From Candidatus Latescibacterota bacterium (GTDB taxonomy: Bacteria > Latescibacterota > UBA2968), in the NCBI GenBank assembly GCA_965220765.1, contig OZ244847.1, forward strand, positions 49,849 to 113,848: a DNA stretch of 64,000 nucleotides, written 5' to 3'. Every line of letters starts with the position of its first letter. Within the stretch, counting starts at the first letter, position 1. The notes beneath the pieces are model-generated. The model ran no database searches and had not been told where the DNA came from. It saw nothing but the letters and a program-made list of their open reading frames with translations. Position numbers and translations under genes: made by a program. Below, piece after piece: positions 8,677-19,125 of this stretch.

Positions 8677-11574
8677 TCACTTCTCTCCCAACTCCGCGCG
8701 TATCTGCGCGAGCGCGCGCTTTACCCCTGTAAAATTCGGCCGTAATACGAGCGCCTTCTCCAAATAGGGAACAGCCTCTCGCAACCGCCCCGCCTGTGCC
8801 AGCGCCATACCCAGATCGGCATACGTATCGGGCCTATCCGGATGCAAGCGAATCGCCTCCTTATAGTGCTGAATCGCCTCGTCAAAACGTCCCAACCTGT
8901 GAAGCGCCATAGCGATACCATTTTGCGACAGCGCATTGTCCGGATGATGGCGGATCGCATCCTCGTAATAGCGAACCGCATCTTCAAGCCGTCCCGCACG
9001 GTGAAACGCCACAGCGCGTCCATTCAGCGCGCGCGCATCTGTGGGATCGAGTTCCAAAACCCGCGCATAGTGTCTTTCTGCATCCTGCAAGCGCCCCAGT
9101 TGCATCATCGCATCGGCAAACATGCGATGCGCATCCACATACTCGGGAAGCCGGCGAATCGCCTCCTCACAAAGCGTAGCAATACGCCTGTGTTCGCGCG
9201 CGGGAATCAAATTCGACGCCTGGCGAACAAAAACGCGCGCCGCAATCTCTCTCAAATTCTTATTTTGCACAGCCGCAATACGCGCATCCACCTCGCCCGA
9301 TATCAGCGCATCAATAGAATCCCGGTATTTATACAACATCTCCGCAAACACAAGCTCATCGCTCTCCTCATTCTGAACCGTCTCGTAGTCCAGAACCGGT
9401 CGGTCATCCCAATACACATCTGCCTCAACCGTCGCAGAAGCCAGACCCTCCGCCCCCATCAAATAACCGCCCCAAAAAACGTGCGGTTGATTGAGGGAAT
9501 ACGCCACCCCACCCCAGTGGCTGTATTGGAGATCCGCCTGGATCTCCTCATCCATCCCCAACAATTTCCCCTGCGCGATATTAAACGCATCATCCGCCGA
9601 ACCAATAAGCAAAAGCTCAGACGTATTATACCACAAAACACTCTGCGGAAAAACCGTCAAAAAACTGCGCACAACACCGCGGAACTGATCCTCCGAAAGA
9701 AAGTGCAAAGGCACAAACTGGACCAGATACCCCCCTGGCGCCAGGCGCTCTCGGGCGCGCGCATAGAAATCAACCGTATAAAAAAACGCCACACCCGGAC
9801 GGGACACCTCGCCAAGCTCAAGCGAAACAATATCATAAATCCCCGCCGTATGACGCAAGAAATTGCGTCCATCCTCAGCGACAATCTCCACGCGCGGATC
9901 GTCCATCCAATCCGCCTCAAAATATTCCTCAACAAACGGAAAAAGCGCAGGCTCGATATCCACACACGCCAGATAATCGATGGGATACATCAAAAACCGA
10001 CTAACCGTCTGCCCTGTACCAGCCCCCACAACAACGACCCGTCTGGGATCGGGATGCAAAAGCATCGGCACATGTGCCGCCATAATCTGGTGATTCTTTT
10101 TACTCCCACCCTGCCACCAGCGATCGATCTCCAACGCCAGATCATCCTCCCGCCGAACAACCGCTATATTCGCGCCATAACCCTCTCGGAACGCCACGAG
10201 ATCCCGCCCCTCACCGATAAAATCCGCAGGCACCTGCGTCTGCGAAAAATATGGAATCCCCAAATAGACCAGAACCGCGACCAGTGTAGCCGCATACTTG
10301 AACACGCGATATCTTCGATCCAGCAAAAACCATGCAGAAATACCTATGACGAGATTCGCGCACGTAATAAAAAACAAACACTTCTCAAGACCAAAAAAGG
10401 GAATACCTGCAAAACCAATCAAAAGAGACCCGAGAATACCCCCAAGCGTATTCACCGCAATCAGATTCCCAGCGACCCCAGACGTATATTCCGCATTATC
10501 AGTTACCAGACGAATCGCAAGCGGAAAAACCGCCCCACTCAACACAGCAGGGGGTAGAAGCACCGCAAAATAGATATACAGATCACTGCCCAATCCCCGC
10601 CATGTCTCGGGCGAAAGCATCAAAAGAGCCAGCACAATAAGACCCGTCGCAATCTGAAGCGCGCCCAAATAATGCGCCCGCATCTCCGTCTTATCGGAAA
10701 ACTGAGCAGCCAAAATACTCCCCAGAACCAGCCCAACCAACACAACGCTCAACGCCAGCGTATAAGTATAAACCGTATTATTGATCAAAAGCCCGAGATA
10801 CCGCACCCACAGCACCTCCGCACCCAGAGCCACAAATCCAATCGCAAAAAACAGAACAAATACAACGCTACTCCGTGGAAGCCTGTCACTCACACCGCGA
10901 GACGCCACCGAAGAAGAAACCACATCATCCCGCGCAATAGACAACGCGCGAACAACAATACCACTCAGAATATTGCATACCACGCCAATATAGATGGCAC
11001 CGCGCAGCCCCAGATCCGGCAAAAAAACAAAACCCGTAGCCGCGCAGCCCAACGCAGCCCCCAGCGTATTGACACCGTAGAGAAGACCAACAGCGCGTGC
11101 AATTCTACCGCTATCGCGCGAATACTGACGACAAAAAAGAGGAAGGGTACCCCCCATCAGAACAGTGGGCGGCAAGACGACGAGCGCAACGAGAAAGAGT
11201 CGCGTAGTGAACCGCAGGAAGGGAGCATCGCTCAATAGTCTATACGCGATGCCATAGAGAAAATCTGCAAAATCAAACGCATAGGGACTGATCAGAGCCA
11301 GAATACCCAGACCAATTTCAATATACGCAAAAAGAATAAGCGGTCGGGAAGTTCGCTGACCAATGCGCCCAAAAAGATACGCACCAATAGCCAAACCCAG
11401 AAAAAAAACCGCCAGAACCGCACTCACCGCAAACGTCGTGGACCCAAACAAAAGCGCGGCCTGCCGTATCCAGGCAACCTCGTAAACCAATCCGGCAAAC
11501 CCCGACAAAAAAAAACATATCAGCGCGGTGATATGCTGCGCGGTTCGCGTCGATTTTCCAGTGCGTTTACTCAT
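8677..11574 (-). CDS. Fused MFS-like membrane / spermidine synthase-like protein with C-terminal TPRs
   Basis: SGFAGLVYEVAW, PPTVLMGGTLP, VVVVGAGTGQT, EDGRNFL; TPR repeats at the C-terminus. Confidence 0.9.
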   Translation of the reverse strand: MSKRTGKSTRTAQHITALICFFLSGFAGLVYEVAWIRQAALLFGSTTFAVSAVLAVFFLGLAIGAYLFGRIGQRTSRPLILFAYIEIGLGILALISPYAFDFADFLYGIAYRLLSDAPFLRFTTRLFLVALVVLPPTVLMGGTLPLFCRQYSRDSGRIARAVGLLYGVNTLGAALGCAATGFVFLPDLGLRGAIYIGVVCNILSGIVVRALSIARDDVVSSSVASRGVSDRLPRSSVVFVLFFAIGFVALGAEVLWVRYLGLLINNTVYTYTLALSVVLVGLVLGSILAAQFSDKTEMRAHYLGALQIATGLIVLALLMLSPETWRGLGSDLYIYFAVLLPPAVLSGAVFPLAIRLVTDNAEYTSGVAGNLIAVNTLGGILGSLLIGFAGIPFFGLEKCLFFITCANLVIGISAWFLLDRRYRVFKYAATLVAVLVYLGIPYFSQTQVPADFIGEGRDLVAFREGYGANIAVVRREDDLALEIDRWWQGGSKKNHQIMAAHVPMLLHPDPRRVVVVGAGTGQTVSRFLMYPIDYLACVDIEPALFPFVEEYFEADWMDDPRVEIVAEDGRNFLRHTAGIYDIVSLELGEVSRPGVAFFYTVDFYARARERLAPGGYLVQFVPLHFLSEDQFRGVVRSFLTVFPQSVLWYNTSELLLIGSADDAFNIAQGKLLGMDEEIQADLQYSHWGGVAYSLNQPHVFWGGYLMGAEGLASATVEADVYWDDRPVLDYETVQNEESDELVFAEMLYKYRDSIDALISGEVDARIAAVQNKNLREIAARVFVRQASNLIPAREHRRIATLCEEAIRRLPEYVDAHRMFADAMMQLGRLQDAERHYARVLELDPTDARALNGRAVAFHRAGRLEDAVRYYEDAIRHHPDNALSQNGIAMALHRLGRFDEAIQHYKEAIRLHPDRPDTYADLGMALAQAGRLREAVPYLEKALVLRPNFTGVKRALAQIRAELGEK

Positions 11575-11611
11575 ATACTCTCAAATTTGAGTTTACCGCT
11601 ACTCTATACAA

Positions 11612-13243
11612 TCACCCATCCACCAACCCTGCAGCGTGACGCCCCGCTTTGGGATCGCCTGCTGCATAATACACACCCTCTTCCCGATCCACATAAACCA
11701 TAACAGGCGTCGCAATATTAGATGCTTTTGCCTCGACCTGATGTCCCCGTCTGGCGAGATCATCCTGTACATCCCGGCTTATCGCATCGTTCAGCGTCAA
11801 CGACCCGGCCTGTTTGAACGTCTGCTCGCGAATGGGATTGGGATCAAAAGAATCGAGATGATGTGCCGTCGCAAAACGGGGTGCAGTCACAGCCTCCTCC
11901 GGCAGAATTCCAAACTCGACAAAATCCAGTAACAAATTCAACGTCGTCTGATCCTGCAAATCCCCACCCGCAACACTAATCCCGAGAATGGGCCGCCCAT
12001 CTTTCAGCACCAGCGTAGGCGTCAACGTAATGCGCGGACGCTTCCCTGGCTGGATACAATTAGGATGCCCTGCCGTCGTATTCAGACTGCGCAGACGATT
12101 CCCATACGTAACCCCCGTACGCCCCCCATCAATCGTAGGCCGGTGAACATTGGCACTCGGCGTCGCAGCGACCACATTGCCCCAGCGGTCCGCCACCACA
12201 CAGGTCGTCGTACCCCCCGTACCCGGACGGAACACACCGCCCTCTTTAACCGGCTGCATCAGATACGGATCGCCCGGACGCGCCTCCAGAGAAGCCGAAT
12301 GCATATCGATAAGCGGCACGCGCAAATCCGTGTACGCATCCGAAAGCAACGCCCCCAAAGGCACACCTGAAAAATCGGGATCGGCATAATACGCATCGCG
12401 ATCCGCCATAGCCAGCTTGATCGCCTCGGTAACCACGTGAACATAATCCGCCGAAAGATGACCCATCGCTTTGACATCAAATTTCTCAAGCAGACGCAAC
12501 GCCTGACACAAATAAGGACCCTGCGTCCACGGCCCGCACTTGCAAACCGTGTACCCCCGATAAGAAACCGCAACCGGATCTTCAATCGTCGTAACATGCG
12601 TCGCCAGATCTTCCCGACGCAAAAAGCCCCCCTTTGCGATATAAAAAGCCTCAAGCTCCTCCGCAATATCATTGCGATATTTATTCCGCCCGTAAAAGCG
12701 ATCCGCGGCAGCTTGCAATTTTTCCTCCCTGCTACCCGACGTAAGATGCTCCTCCTCAACCAGCTTTCGCAAAGTCCTCGCAAGATTGGGATGCCAGTCA
12801 TCCTCCCCCGCATCGAGCAGGGCAAGCACAGGCACGATAATCTCTTCAAAAGACATCGTACCATATCGCTTAAGCGTCGTAATACACAAATCCACAACCG
12901 AAGGCACGGGCGCCATCTTCATATCGCCATCGCCTGGAATACCATGCTTCATATACCAATCAATCGCCTCTTGAGAACGCGGTGCCCGTCCCTGTCCGCT
13001 CAGTGCCTTCACCTCCGAAGTCTCAGCATCATAAATAAGAAGCGGAACCTCCCCACCAATCGAACACGCACCGTGATCCGTAACATTTAGCGCAAAAATA
13101 GTCGCCGCGGCTGCATCGGCCGCATTGCCCCCCCTATCCAGAATCTCAATCCCCGCAGCCACAGCACCTGCACCACCCGCCGCCACAACACCCGTCTTAC
13201 TCTCGGCCTTCCATCCAATCTGTCCCACATCTATACCCGACAT
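11612..13243 (-). CDS. ggt: Gamma-glutamyltransferase family protein
   Basis: GGNAADAAAA, GTTTCVVADRWGNVVAATPS (Thr nucleophile), PGKRPRITLTP. Start set at 13243 by the GGAGA Shine-Dalgarno. Confidence 0.9.
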   Translation of the reverse strand: MSGIDVGQIGWKAESKTGVVAAGGAGAVAAGIEILDRGGNAADAAAATIFALNVTDHGACSIGGEVPLLIYDAETSEVKALSGQGRAPRSQEAIDWYMKHGIPGDGDMKMAPVPSVVDLCITTLKRYGTMSFEEIIVPVLALLDAGEDDWHPNLARTLRKLVEEEHLTSGSREEKLQAAADRFYGRNKYRNDIAEELEAFYIAKGGFLRREDLATHVTTIEDPVAVSYRGYTVCKCGPWTQGPYLCQALRLLEKFDVKAMGHLSADYVHVVTEAIKLAMADRDAYYADPDFSGVPLGALLSDAYTDLRVPLIDMHSASLEARPGDPYLMQPVKEGGVFRPGTGGTTTCVVADRWGNVVAATPSANVHRPTIDGGRTGVTYGNRLRSLNTTAGHPNCIQPGKRPRITLTPTLVLKDGRPILGISVAGGDLQDQTTLNLLLDFVEFGILPEEAVTAPRFATAHHLDSFDPNPIREQTFKQAGSLTLNDAISRDVQDDLARRGHQVEAKASNIATPVMVYVDREEGVYYAAGDPKAGRHAAGLVDG

Positions 13244-13383
13244 GATTTTCTCCTTTTTCACCCTTGACGCCACGCAAAACTCTGGCTTTATTTTCATAAT
13301 AACATAATCTTCCAGTGAAGACAAAACAATCTCTATTCCTTCAGACAGCCACTTCCCCGTCCTAAAGAACGGGTATCAAACAC

Positions 13384-13414
13384 GCCCTCTGTGCGATGCA
13401 GAGGGCTTTTTTTT
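13384..13414 (+). terminator. Intrinsic terminator inside the 5' leader of the SDR-QueA operon (possible attenuator)
   Basis: GCCCTCTG-N7-CAGAGGGC followed by T8, about 57 nt upstream of the SDR ATG, in a divergent intergenic region. Confidence 0.75.
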
Positions 13415-13471
13415 ATGCTAAATTTTGACCCAACAGACAGATAGTTTCTCACCCTTACAGGAGGATTCAAC

Positions 13472-14173
13472 ATGTCCACACAAACAGCGCTCATCACCGG
13501 CGCATCTCGCGGACTGGGCCTGGCTCTCGCGCGTAACCTCGCACAGCAAAACTGGCGACTCATCATCAACGCAAGGGGCGCAGACGCACTCGAAGACGCG
13601 CGCAAAGAACTGAGCCAATGGACCGAAGTCATCGCCATTGCCGGAGACGTAACAGACCCCGAACATCGGAAAGCGCTAAGGAATGCAGCAAAAGAAATGG
13701 GTGGTCTGGACGCCGTAATCAATAACGCGGGCATATTGGGACCGAGTCCCCAGCCCGAACTGCTCAATTACCCTCTCGATATTTTGGCAGACGTCTATCG
13801 CGCCAACGTCATCGCACCTCTGGGTGTGCTCCAAGCGCTACAACATACATTAAAAACACGCACCCGTGTAATCAACATCACCAGCGATGCCGCTCGCGAA
13901 GCGTACCCTGGCTGGGGCGGATACGGCTCTTCTAAAGCCGCATTTGAACAACTCTCAAACGTACTCGCAGCAGAACGTCCCGACTGGCGCATCTACTGGG
14001 TAGATCCCGGCGACATGCGAACGCAAATGCACCGCGAAGCATTTCCCTTTGAAGACATCAGTGACCGTCCCTTGCCTGAAACGAGTGTACCGGGATTCAT
14101 CGAACTCCTGAAAGGCAATTACCCGGATGGACGATATGCCGCACGCGAACTACTCGCCGCGCTCGCAAATTAA
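13472..14173 (+). CDS. SDR family oxidoreductase
   Basis: TGASRGLG, NNAG and YGSSK motifs; AGGAGG Shine-Dalgarno. Confidence 0.92.
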   Translation: MSTQTALITGASRGLGLALARNLAQQNWRLIINARGADALEDARKELSQWTEVIAIAGDVTDPEHRKALRNAAKEMGGLDAVINNAGILGPSPQPELLNYPLDILADVYRANVIAPLGVLQALQHTLKTRTRVINITSDAAREAYPGWGGYGSSKAAFEQLSNVLAAERPDWRIYWVDPGDMRTQMHREAFPFEDISDRPLPETSVPGFIELLKGNYPDGRYAARELLAALAN

Positions 14174-14187
14174 AAAGGAGGCTTCTC

Positions 14188-15297
14188 ATGACCACAATAC
14201 CCAACACAGTACTCCCCATTACAATGATGGACTCAAAACTCGACTCTCTAACATTTGACCTGCCATCCAACCTGGAAGCGGGAGAACCGCCAGAAGCGCG
14301 CGGACTCAGTCGGGACCAGATTCGGCTGATGGTCTCCTGGCGAAGCGATGATGCGATTGAACACATTGCATTTCGCGACCTGCCCGACGTGCTACATGCA
14401 GGCGATGTCGTCGTCATCAACACCAGCGGCACGCGCAAAGCATCGTTACCCATCATTCGGCCCGATGGAACAGAACTCAAACTGCATCTATCAACGCAAC
14501 TGCCCGCCGACATGTGGGCAGTTGAAATACGTCAACCCAACGGTATAGCAACACTGCCTTTTTCTCATGTACACGCGGGCGAAGTCTTTACATTACCCGG
14601 TGGAGGATCGGCACAGTTGCACACACCTTATCGCTCCGAACTGCGGCACAACCCCGGCACCCCCGTTCGTCTATGGGTAGCAACCCTGAACCTGCCCCAT
14701 GATCTGGATACCTACCTGGACATATACGGCCTGCCTATCCGGTATGGCTATGTGCAAAACGACTGGCCCATTGAATATTATCAAACCGTATATGCAACAG
14801 AAGTGGGCAGCGCTGAAATGCCATCAGCCGGCAGAGCATTCACACCCAAAATCATCACAAAACTGGTCGCAAAAGGCATACAAATTGCCCCCCTGATCTT
14901 GCACACAGGCGTGGCGAGTCTGGAAGCCGATGAACCGCCATACGAGGAATACTACCGCGTATCAGCCGAAATAGCGCGGACAATCAACAACGCGCGAAAA
15001 AACGGCGGACGGATCATCGCCGTTGGCACAACCGTCGTGCGCGCACTCGAAACCGTAGCCGATAAAACCGGACAGGTCTCTCAAGGCGAAGGATGGACAT
15101 CCCTGATAATCTCACCCGACCACACCATGGGGATTGTAGATAGCTTGCTCACCGGAATGCACGAACCGAGTGCCACACACCTCTCCATGCTGCAGGCATT
15201 GGCGGGATTAGATCACCTGAAACTGACCTATGAAGCCGCCCTCAACAAACATTATTTGTGGCACGAGTTCGGCGATCTACATTTGATTTTGCCCTGA
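14188..15297 (+). CDS. queA: QueA-family protein (SAM:tRNA ribosyltransferase-isomerase-like), divergent subfamily
   Basis: FDLP, RLMV, GDVVVINTS, YQTVYA, AVGTTVVRALET; the canonical GSVAAPTAGLHF appears as GSAEMPSAGRAF. Confidence 0.75.
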   Translation: MTTIPNTVLPITMMDSKLDSLTFDLPSNLEAGEPPEARGLSRDQIRLMVSWRSDDAIEHIAFRDLPDVLHAGDVVVINTSGTRKASLPIIRPDGTELKLHLSTQLPADMWAVEIRQPNGIATLPFSHVHAGEVFTLPGGGSAQLHTPYRSELRHNPGTPVRLWVATLNLPHDLDTYLDIYGLPIRYGYVQNDWPIEYYQTVYATEVGSAEMPSAGRAFTPKIITKLVAKGIQIAPLILHTGVASLEADEPPYEEYYRVSAEIARTINNARKNGGRIIAVGTTVVRALETVADKTGQVSQGEGWTSLIISPDHTMGIVDSLLTGMHEPSATHLSMLQALAGLDHLKLTYEAALNKHYLWHEFGDLHLILP

Positions 15298-15353
15298 ACA
15301 CGCGGTATATTGATCCACTACCGATAAGGAAAACGGTCAAAATAGGAAAACAA

Positions 15354-16442
15354 ATGTTCATAATTCACGAAATAGACGACAACATCCGCAGCGCTTACGG
15401 CATGACAGTCGCCGACGTCACAGACAACGGACACCTGGACATCGTAGCCGGTTCTATGGGAACCTCGATGATCGCCCTGTACGAAGGACCCCATTTTGAA
15501 AAACAAATCATATCAGAAGCGCATCCCGGCACCATCTCACTATCGGTATTCGACGTCACGGGCAACGGTCGCAAAGACGTCATTGCAGGCAGCGGATTTG
15601 GGCGAAGACAGCGGATACCGCCGGAATATCTACACTGGTTTCAAACACCTGAACACGGCGACATCTGGACACAGCACTTCATCGACTGGGTACCCTATCT
15701 ACACCGCATAGCAATGGTAGAAGTCAACAATCAACCCCTGCTATTTGTCGCGACACTACAGGGACCGGGAAGCCAGATCAACGACTTTGATGCGCCGGGT
15801 GCCTTGTGGTGTTATCGCATACCACAAGACCCGGTAAATGAACCGTGGGAAAAGCGGTTAATCGACGGGCAATTGAGACTCAATCACGGCCTGAGCGTAT
15901 GCGATGTAGATGGCGATGGCCGCATGGACTTATTGCTCGGCACACGCGATGGCCTGATCTGGTTTGAGCCACCCAAAGGGGATGGATTCGAGGAAAAATG
16001 GAATCGGTGGACCATAAGCCCCCGCGAAAGCAGTGAAACATTTGCAGTAGATATGGATGGGGATGGCATCAATGAAATACTCTCCATTGAACCCTGGCAC
16101 GGCAATGAACTCGTCTGGTACAAAGCGACCGGCGACATCCGAACAGGCGCGTGGGAACGGCACCTGATCAGCGACAAACTCAACCGCGGACATTCCCTGT
16201 GGTGTGGCGACATAGACAGCGACAACGCCCTGGAAGTCGTCGCCGGATACAACGGACCCGGCACAGCCCTCCACATCTATCGCCCACAGAATCTGGAAAC
16301 GGACACCTGGCACATTGAACAAATCGACAACCGCATAGGCATGGGGCAAATGGCAGTCGTAGATCTCACCGGCAATGGCAAATTGGACATCGCCGCAAGC
16401 GGCATGTCAACGGGCAATGTGCGGTGGTATGAACAGATTTGA
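15354..16442 (+). CDS. FG-GAP/VCBS repeat beta-propeller protein (aldos-2-ulose dehydratase-like)
   Basis: Repeated D-x-D/T-G-D/N-G-x-x-D motifs; His motifs LHRI, NHG, EPWHGN and RGH. Confidence 0.75.
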   Translation: MFIIHEIDDNIRSAYGMTVADVTDNGHLDIVAGSMGTSMIALYEGPHFEKQIISEAHPGTISLSVFDVTGNGRKDVIAGSGFGRRQRIPPEYLHWFQTPEHGDIWTQHFIDWVPYLHRIAMVEVNNQPLLFVATLQGPGSQINDFDAPGALWCYRIPQDPVNEPWEKRLIDGQLRLNHGLSVCDVDGDGRMDLLLGTRDGLIWFEPPKGDGFEEKWNRWTISPRESSETFAVDMDGDGINEILSIEPWHGNELVWYKATGDIRTGAWERHLISDKLNRGHSLWCGDIDSDNALEVVAGYNGPGTALHIYRPQNLETDTWHIEQIDNRIGMGQMAVVDLTGNGKLDIAASGMSTGNVRWYEQI

Positions 16443-16472
16443 ATCGTCACCAATTAAACAAAGGAGAAAAAC

Positions 16473-16793
16473 ATGTTCTTCGAATTACGTCAATATCGCA
16501 CCCAACCGGGCAAACGAGAAGAATGGGTTGCATTTATGGAAAGTGAAATCATCCCATTTCAAATATCAAAAGGCATGGTCGTTATCGGCAGCTTTGTCGG
16601 CGAAGAGGAAGACGATCTCTACGTGTGGATCCGTCGATTTGAAAGCGAGGAACAAAGAGAACAACTTTACAAAGCCGTCTATGAAGACCCGTATTGGACC
16701 GACACACTGAGCGATCAAGTGGGTGCATTGATCGACCGGGAGCGCATCGTCGTAACGCGCCTCAATGCGACGCCGAGGTCTGTTATACAATAG
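16473..16793 (+). CDS. NIPSNAP family protein
   Basis: FFELRQYRTQPGK...YVWIRRFES; AAGGAG Shine-Dalgarno. Confidence 0.9.
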   Translation: MFFELRQYRTQPGKREEWVAFMESEIIPFQISKGMVVIGSFVGEEEDDLYVWIRRFESEEQREQLYKAVYEDPYWTDTLSDQVGALIDRERIVVTRLNATPRSVIQ

Positions 16794-16796
16794 GAC

Positions 16797-18578
16797 CTAC
16801 CAAAAACTAACAAACCCCGTGAGTTCAAGACGGCGTTTTACGCGCTGGAGTTTATGTGTTGTGCGGGGATAGGTGGAATCGCAAAAAGCGATAAGTGAGT
16901 CAAGCAGACCTGCGAGTTCATCTCCCGCGCCGGACAGGCGTGGGAGAATCTTTTGTAAAATCTGATAATCAAAAGCATCTCGGGGCGTGAACGCCGGCGC
17001 ATTTGATGGAAGTCCCTCAATCAAATCGAGCGCATACGCCATATAGATGAGAACCTCATCGCGAATGCGATAGCCAAAATGCAGGTCTTCTTTGGCGAGC
17101 ATCGCGTTAATCTCCTCCAAAGCCTCATTCCACGCAACAACCTCATCGCGGTGGCGGACATCCTCCAACTGCCGATAGGGCCGATCAATCAGCGCAGCAC
17201 CCAGCGCGCGCAGAGCCGTCGAATCGATCTGCACCTCGGGATCGTAATCCGACAACCCCAGATCAACCCGATCAAAAGCAACCGTATTCGCCCTGTCCAG
17301 CACCTTGGGACTAAACGCATAAGTCGTCTCATCCATATTGACCGTACCCGCAACAAACAAATTGGGCGGAATGGGCAAACGCGAAGGCAAATCTCCCACC
17401 GCATCCGTTGACACAACATCCCCTCCTTGCGCCAGTTCAATCGGATCCGTTGTCCACGCGCCATCGGGCGTGCGCCTCGCCGTCTCCATAACACTCAAAA
17501 AATCGGCAAAATAGTGTTCCACACGGGCGAGATTCATCTCGTCCAAACACACAAAATAAGGACGATCCGGATCGGCTTGTGCTTCGCACATCGCCTGAAG
17601 CAACGCACCCGGGCGAAACATTCCCGTAAGCAAATTTTCAAACCCGAGCAAATCGCGCACATCATTCCAATCCGGGCGCACCGGAATCAGGCGATACCCT
17701 CTCGCCCGCCCCTTATCCAGACCATTGATCGCCTCGGCCAAAAGCCGAACCACCGTACTCTTCCCCGTCCCGGATATCCCAGCCAGAATGAGAAATGGCT
17801 TGGTCTTGAGACACAAATAGAGATTGAACAACATACTCGCTTCAATATGGAAATTCTTCAGCGCCGTAAACCGGTAAAGATCGCACAACAGCTCTGCCTC
17901 CACAGGTACAAGCGCATCCCGCACAACACCGGCTTCTGCGGGATCGGGCATATTATATACAACGCTGCTTTTAGAGATCTGGTATCTCGCTCTTGTAAAC
18001 ACCGCATACAGCGCGTAGAGATCCTCAAGCACCGCATGGATATCTTCAACAAGCGCTGGCACCGCAGCTTCATCTCGCGTGAGAATCGACCCGACAAACA
18101 GCGAGCGATCAACCCCATCGAGCCTGGATGGCGACCAGGGCACCGAACGACCGGGTGACGCCACAATAATATCACCCGCCAAACAGCGATACCCTTTGCG
18201 CGGCACCAAACCGCGAAACTTCGTGCGATCGGCAATCGCCGTTTGCATCGCCTCGGCAGTCCACCAGCCAGAGTAAAAACCTATGGCGACGGCATTGTGG
18301 TGAAGATAAATACCCAATTGGGGCAACCGGGGAAACGCGCTCTTCTTAAGCTTGCGATCCACAAAATAGAGACACGCGTGATCCCGGGGCCGATCGGGAT
18401 TGGAGCGAAAATTAGTCGTCGTGTAAACAGGTGAAATAACAGCCGTGAGGTCTGGATGCTGTTTCGCGAGGACGGGTTCGACCTCATCGCGCAGGACTTG
18501 CATGCGCCCATGCAGATGCTCAGCGCCGATGCGCGTACCATTACAGGCGAGAAAATCGTTGGGAGAGAAAGAGAACAT
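16797..18578 (-). CDS. McrB-family AAA+ GTPase with an uncharacterised N-terminal domain
   Basis: Walker A GISGTGKS, VRPDW, Walker B LDEMNLARVEHYFADFLS, McrB signature GTVNMDETT, FSPKVLDRA. Confidence 0.85.
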   Translation of the reverse strand: MFSFSPNDFLACNGTRIGAEHLHGRMQVLRDEVEPVLAKQHPDLTAVISPVYTTTNFRSNPDRPRDHACLYFVDRKLKKSAFPRLPQLGIYLHHNAVAIGFYSGWWTAEAMQTAIADRTKFRGLVPRKGYRCLAGDIIVASPGRSVPWSPSRLDGVDRSLFVGSILTRDEAAVPALVEDIHAVLEDLYALYAVFTRARYQISKSSVVYNMPDPAEAGVVRDALVPVEAELLCDLYRFTALKNFHIEASMLFNLYLCLKTKPFLILAGISGTGKSTVVRLLAEAINGLDKGRARGYRLIPVRPDWNDVRDLLGFENLLTGMFRPGALLQAMCEAQADPDRPYFVCLDEMNLARVEHYFADFLSVMETARRTPDGAWTTDPIELAQGGDVVSTDAVGDLPSRLPIPPNLFVAGTVNMDETTYAFSPKVLDRANTVAFDRVDLGLSDYDPEVQIDSTALRALGAALIDRPYRQLEDVRHRDEVVAWNEALEEINAMLAKEDLHFGYRIRDEVLIYMAYALDLIEGLPSNAPAFTPRDAFDYQILQKILPRLSGAGDELAGLLDSLIAFCDSTYPRTTHKLQRVKRRLELTGFVSFW

Positions 18579-19125
18579 AAATATTGCCTGTTGTTAGTTG
18601 TCTGTCGTGCGTACATTCGCACAACAAATGGACGATGTCAAGGATTTTCAATTTTTAGGATAGATTCACTGTAAAAAAACGTTTGCGACCTCTATAAGTT
18701 TAGATTGATTTCAAAAAAAATTAAATTATATTGAGAATTTGTTAATATTATAGCCATTGCGACGACTGGTAATTGATGGTTAAGACTATTTAAGGCTGCA
18801 CGGAGCAATTCAATACAACATACTGTGCAAAAAAATTATTTCCCCCCCTATAGTGTACCCCGCAAACTATGTTTTTTTGACTTTGGGTCCAGGAACCCAC
18901 AGGTATGGGAGAATTTTTTTTATTGACCGAGTGGGAATTCTCTTGACACTGCTACTCTGTTTACATTTTTTAACATAAGAAATTCTACATTTCTGAATAA
19001 GAAAGAGGAAAAATGTTTTCCGCTTTCGTAGTACGGGGATGGTGCATTTTGTAGCATTCCCTCGGTAACCGTTGCGGCTGCGTGATAACGCAAGCCGTGA
19101 CACAACCACATTCTGGGAGGTAGAA

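Noticed and set aside
8842-10557. 571-aa + strand ORF
   Set aside because: Antisense shadow of the spermidine-synthase/TPR gene; Arg/Ile/His-rich with no motifs.
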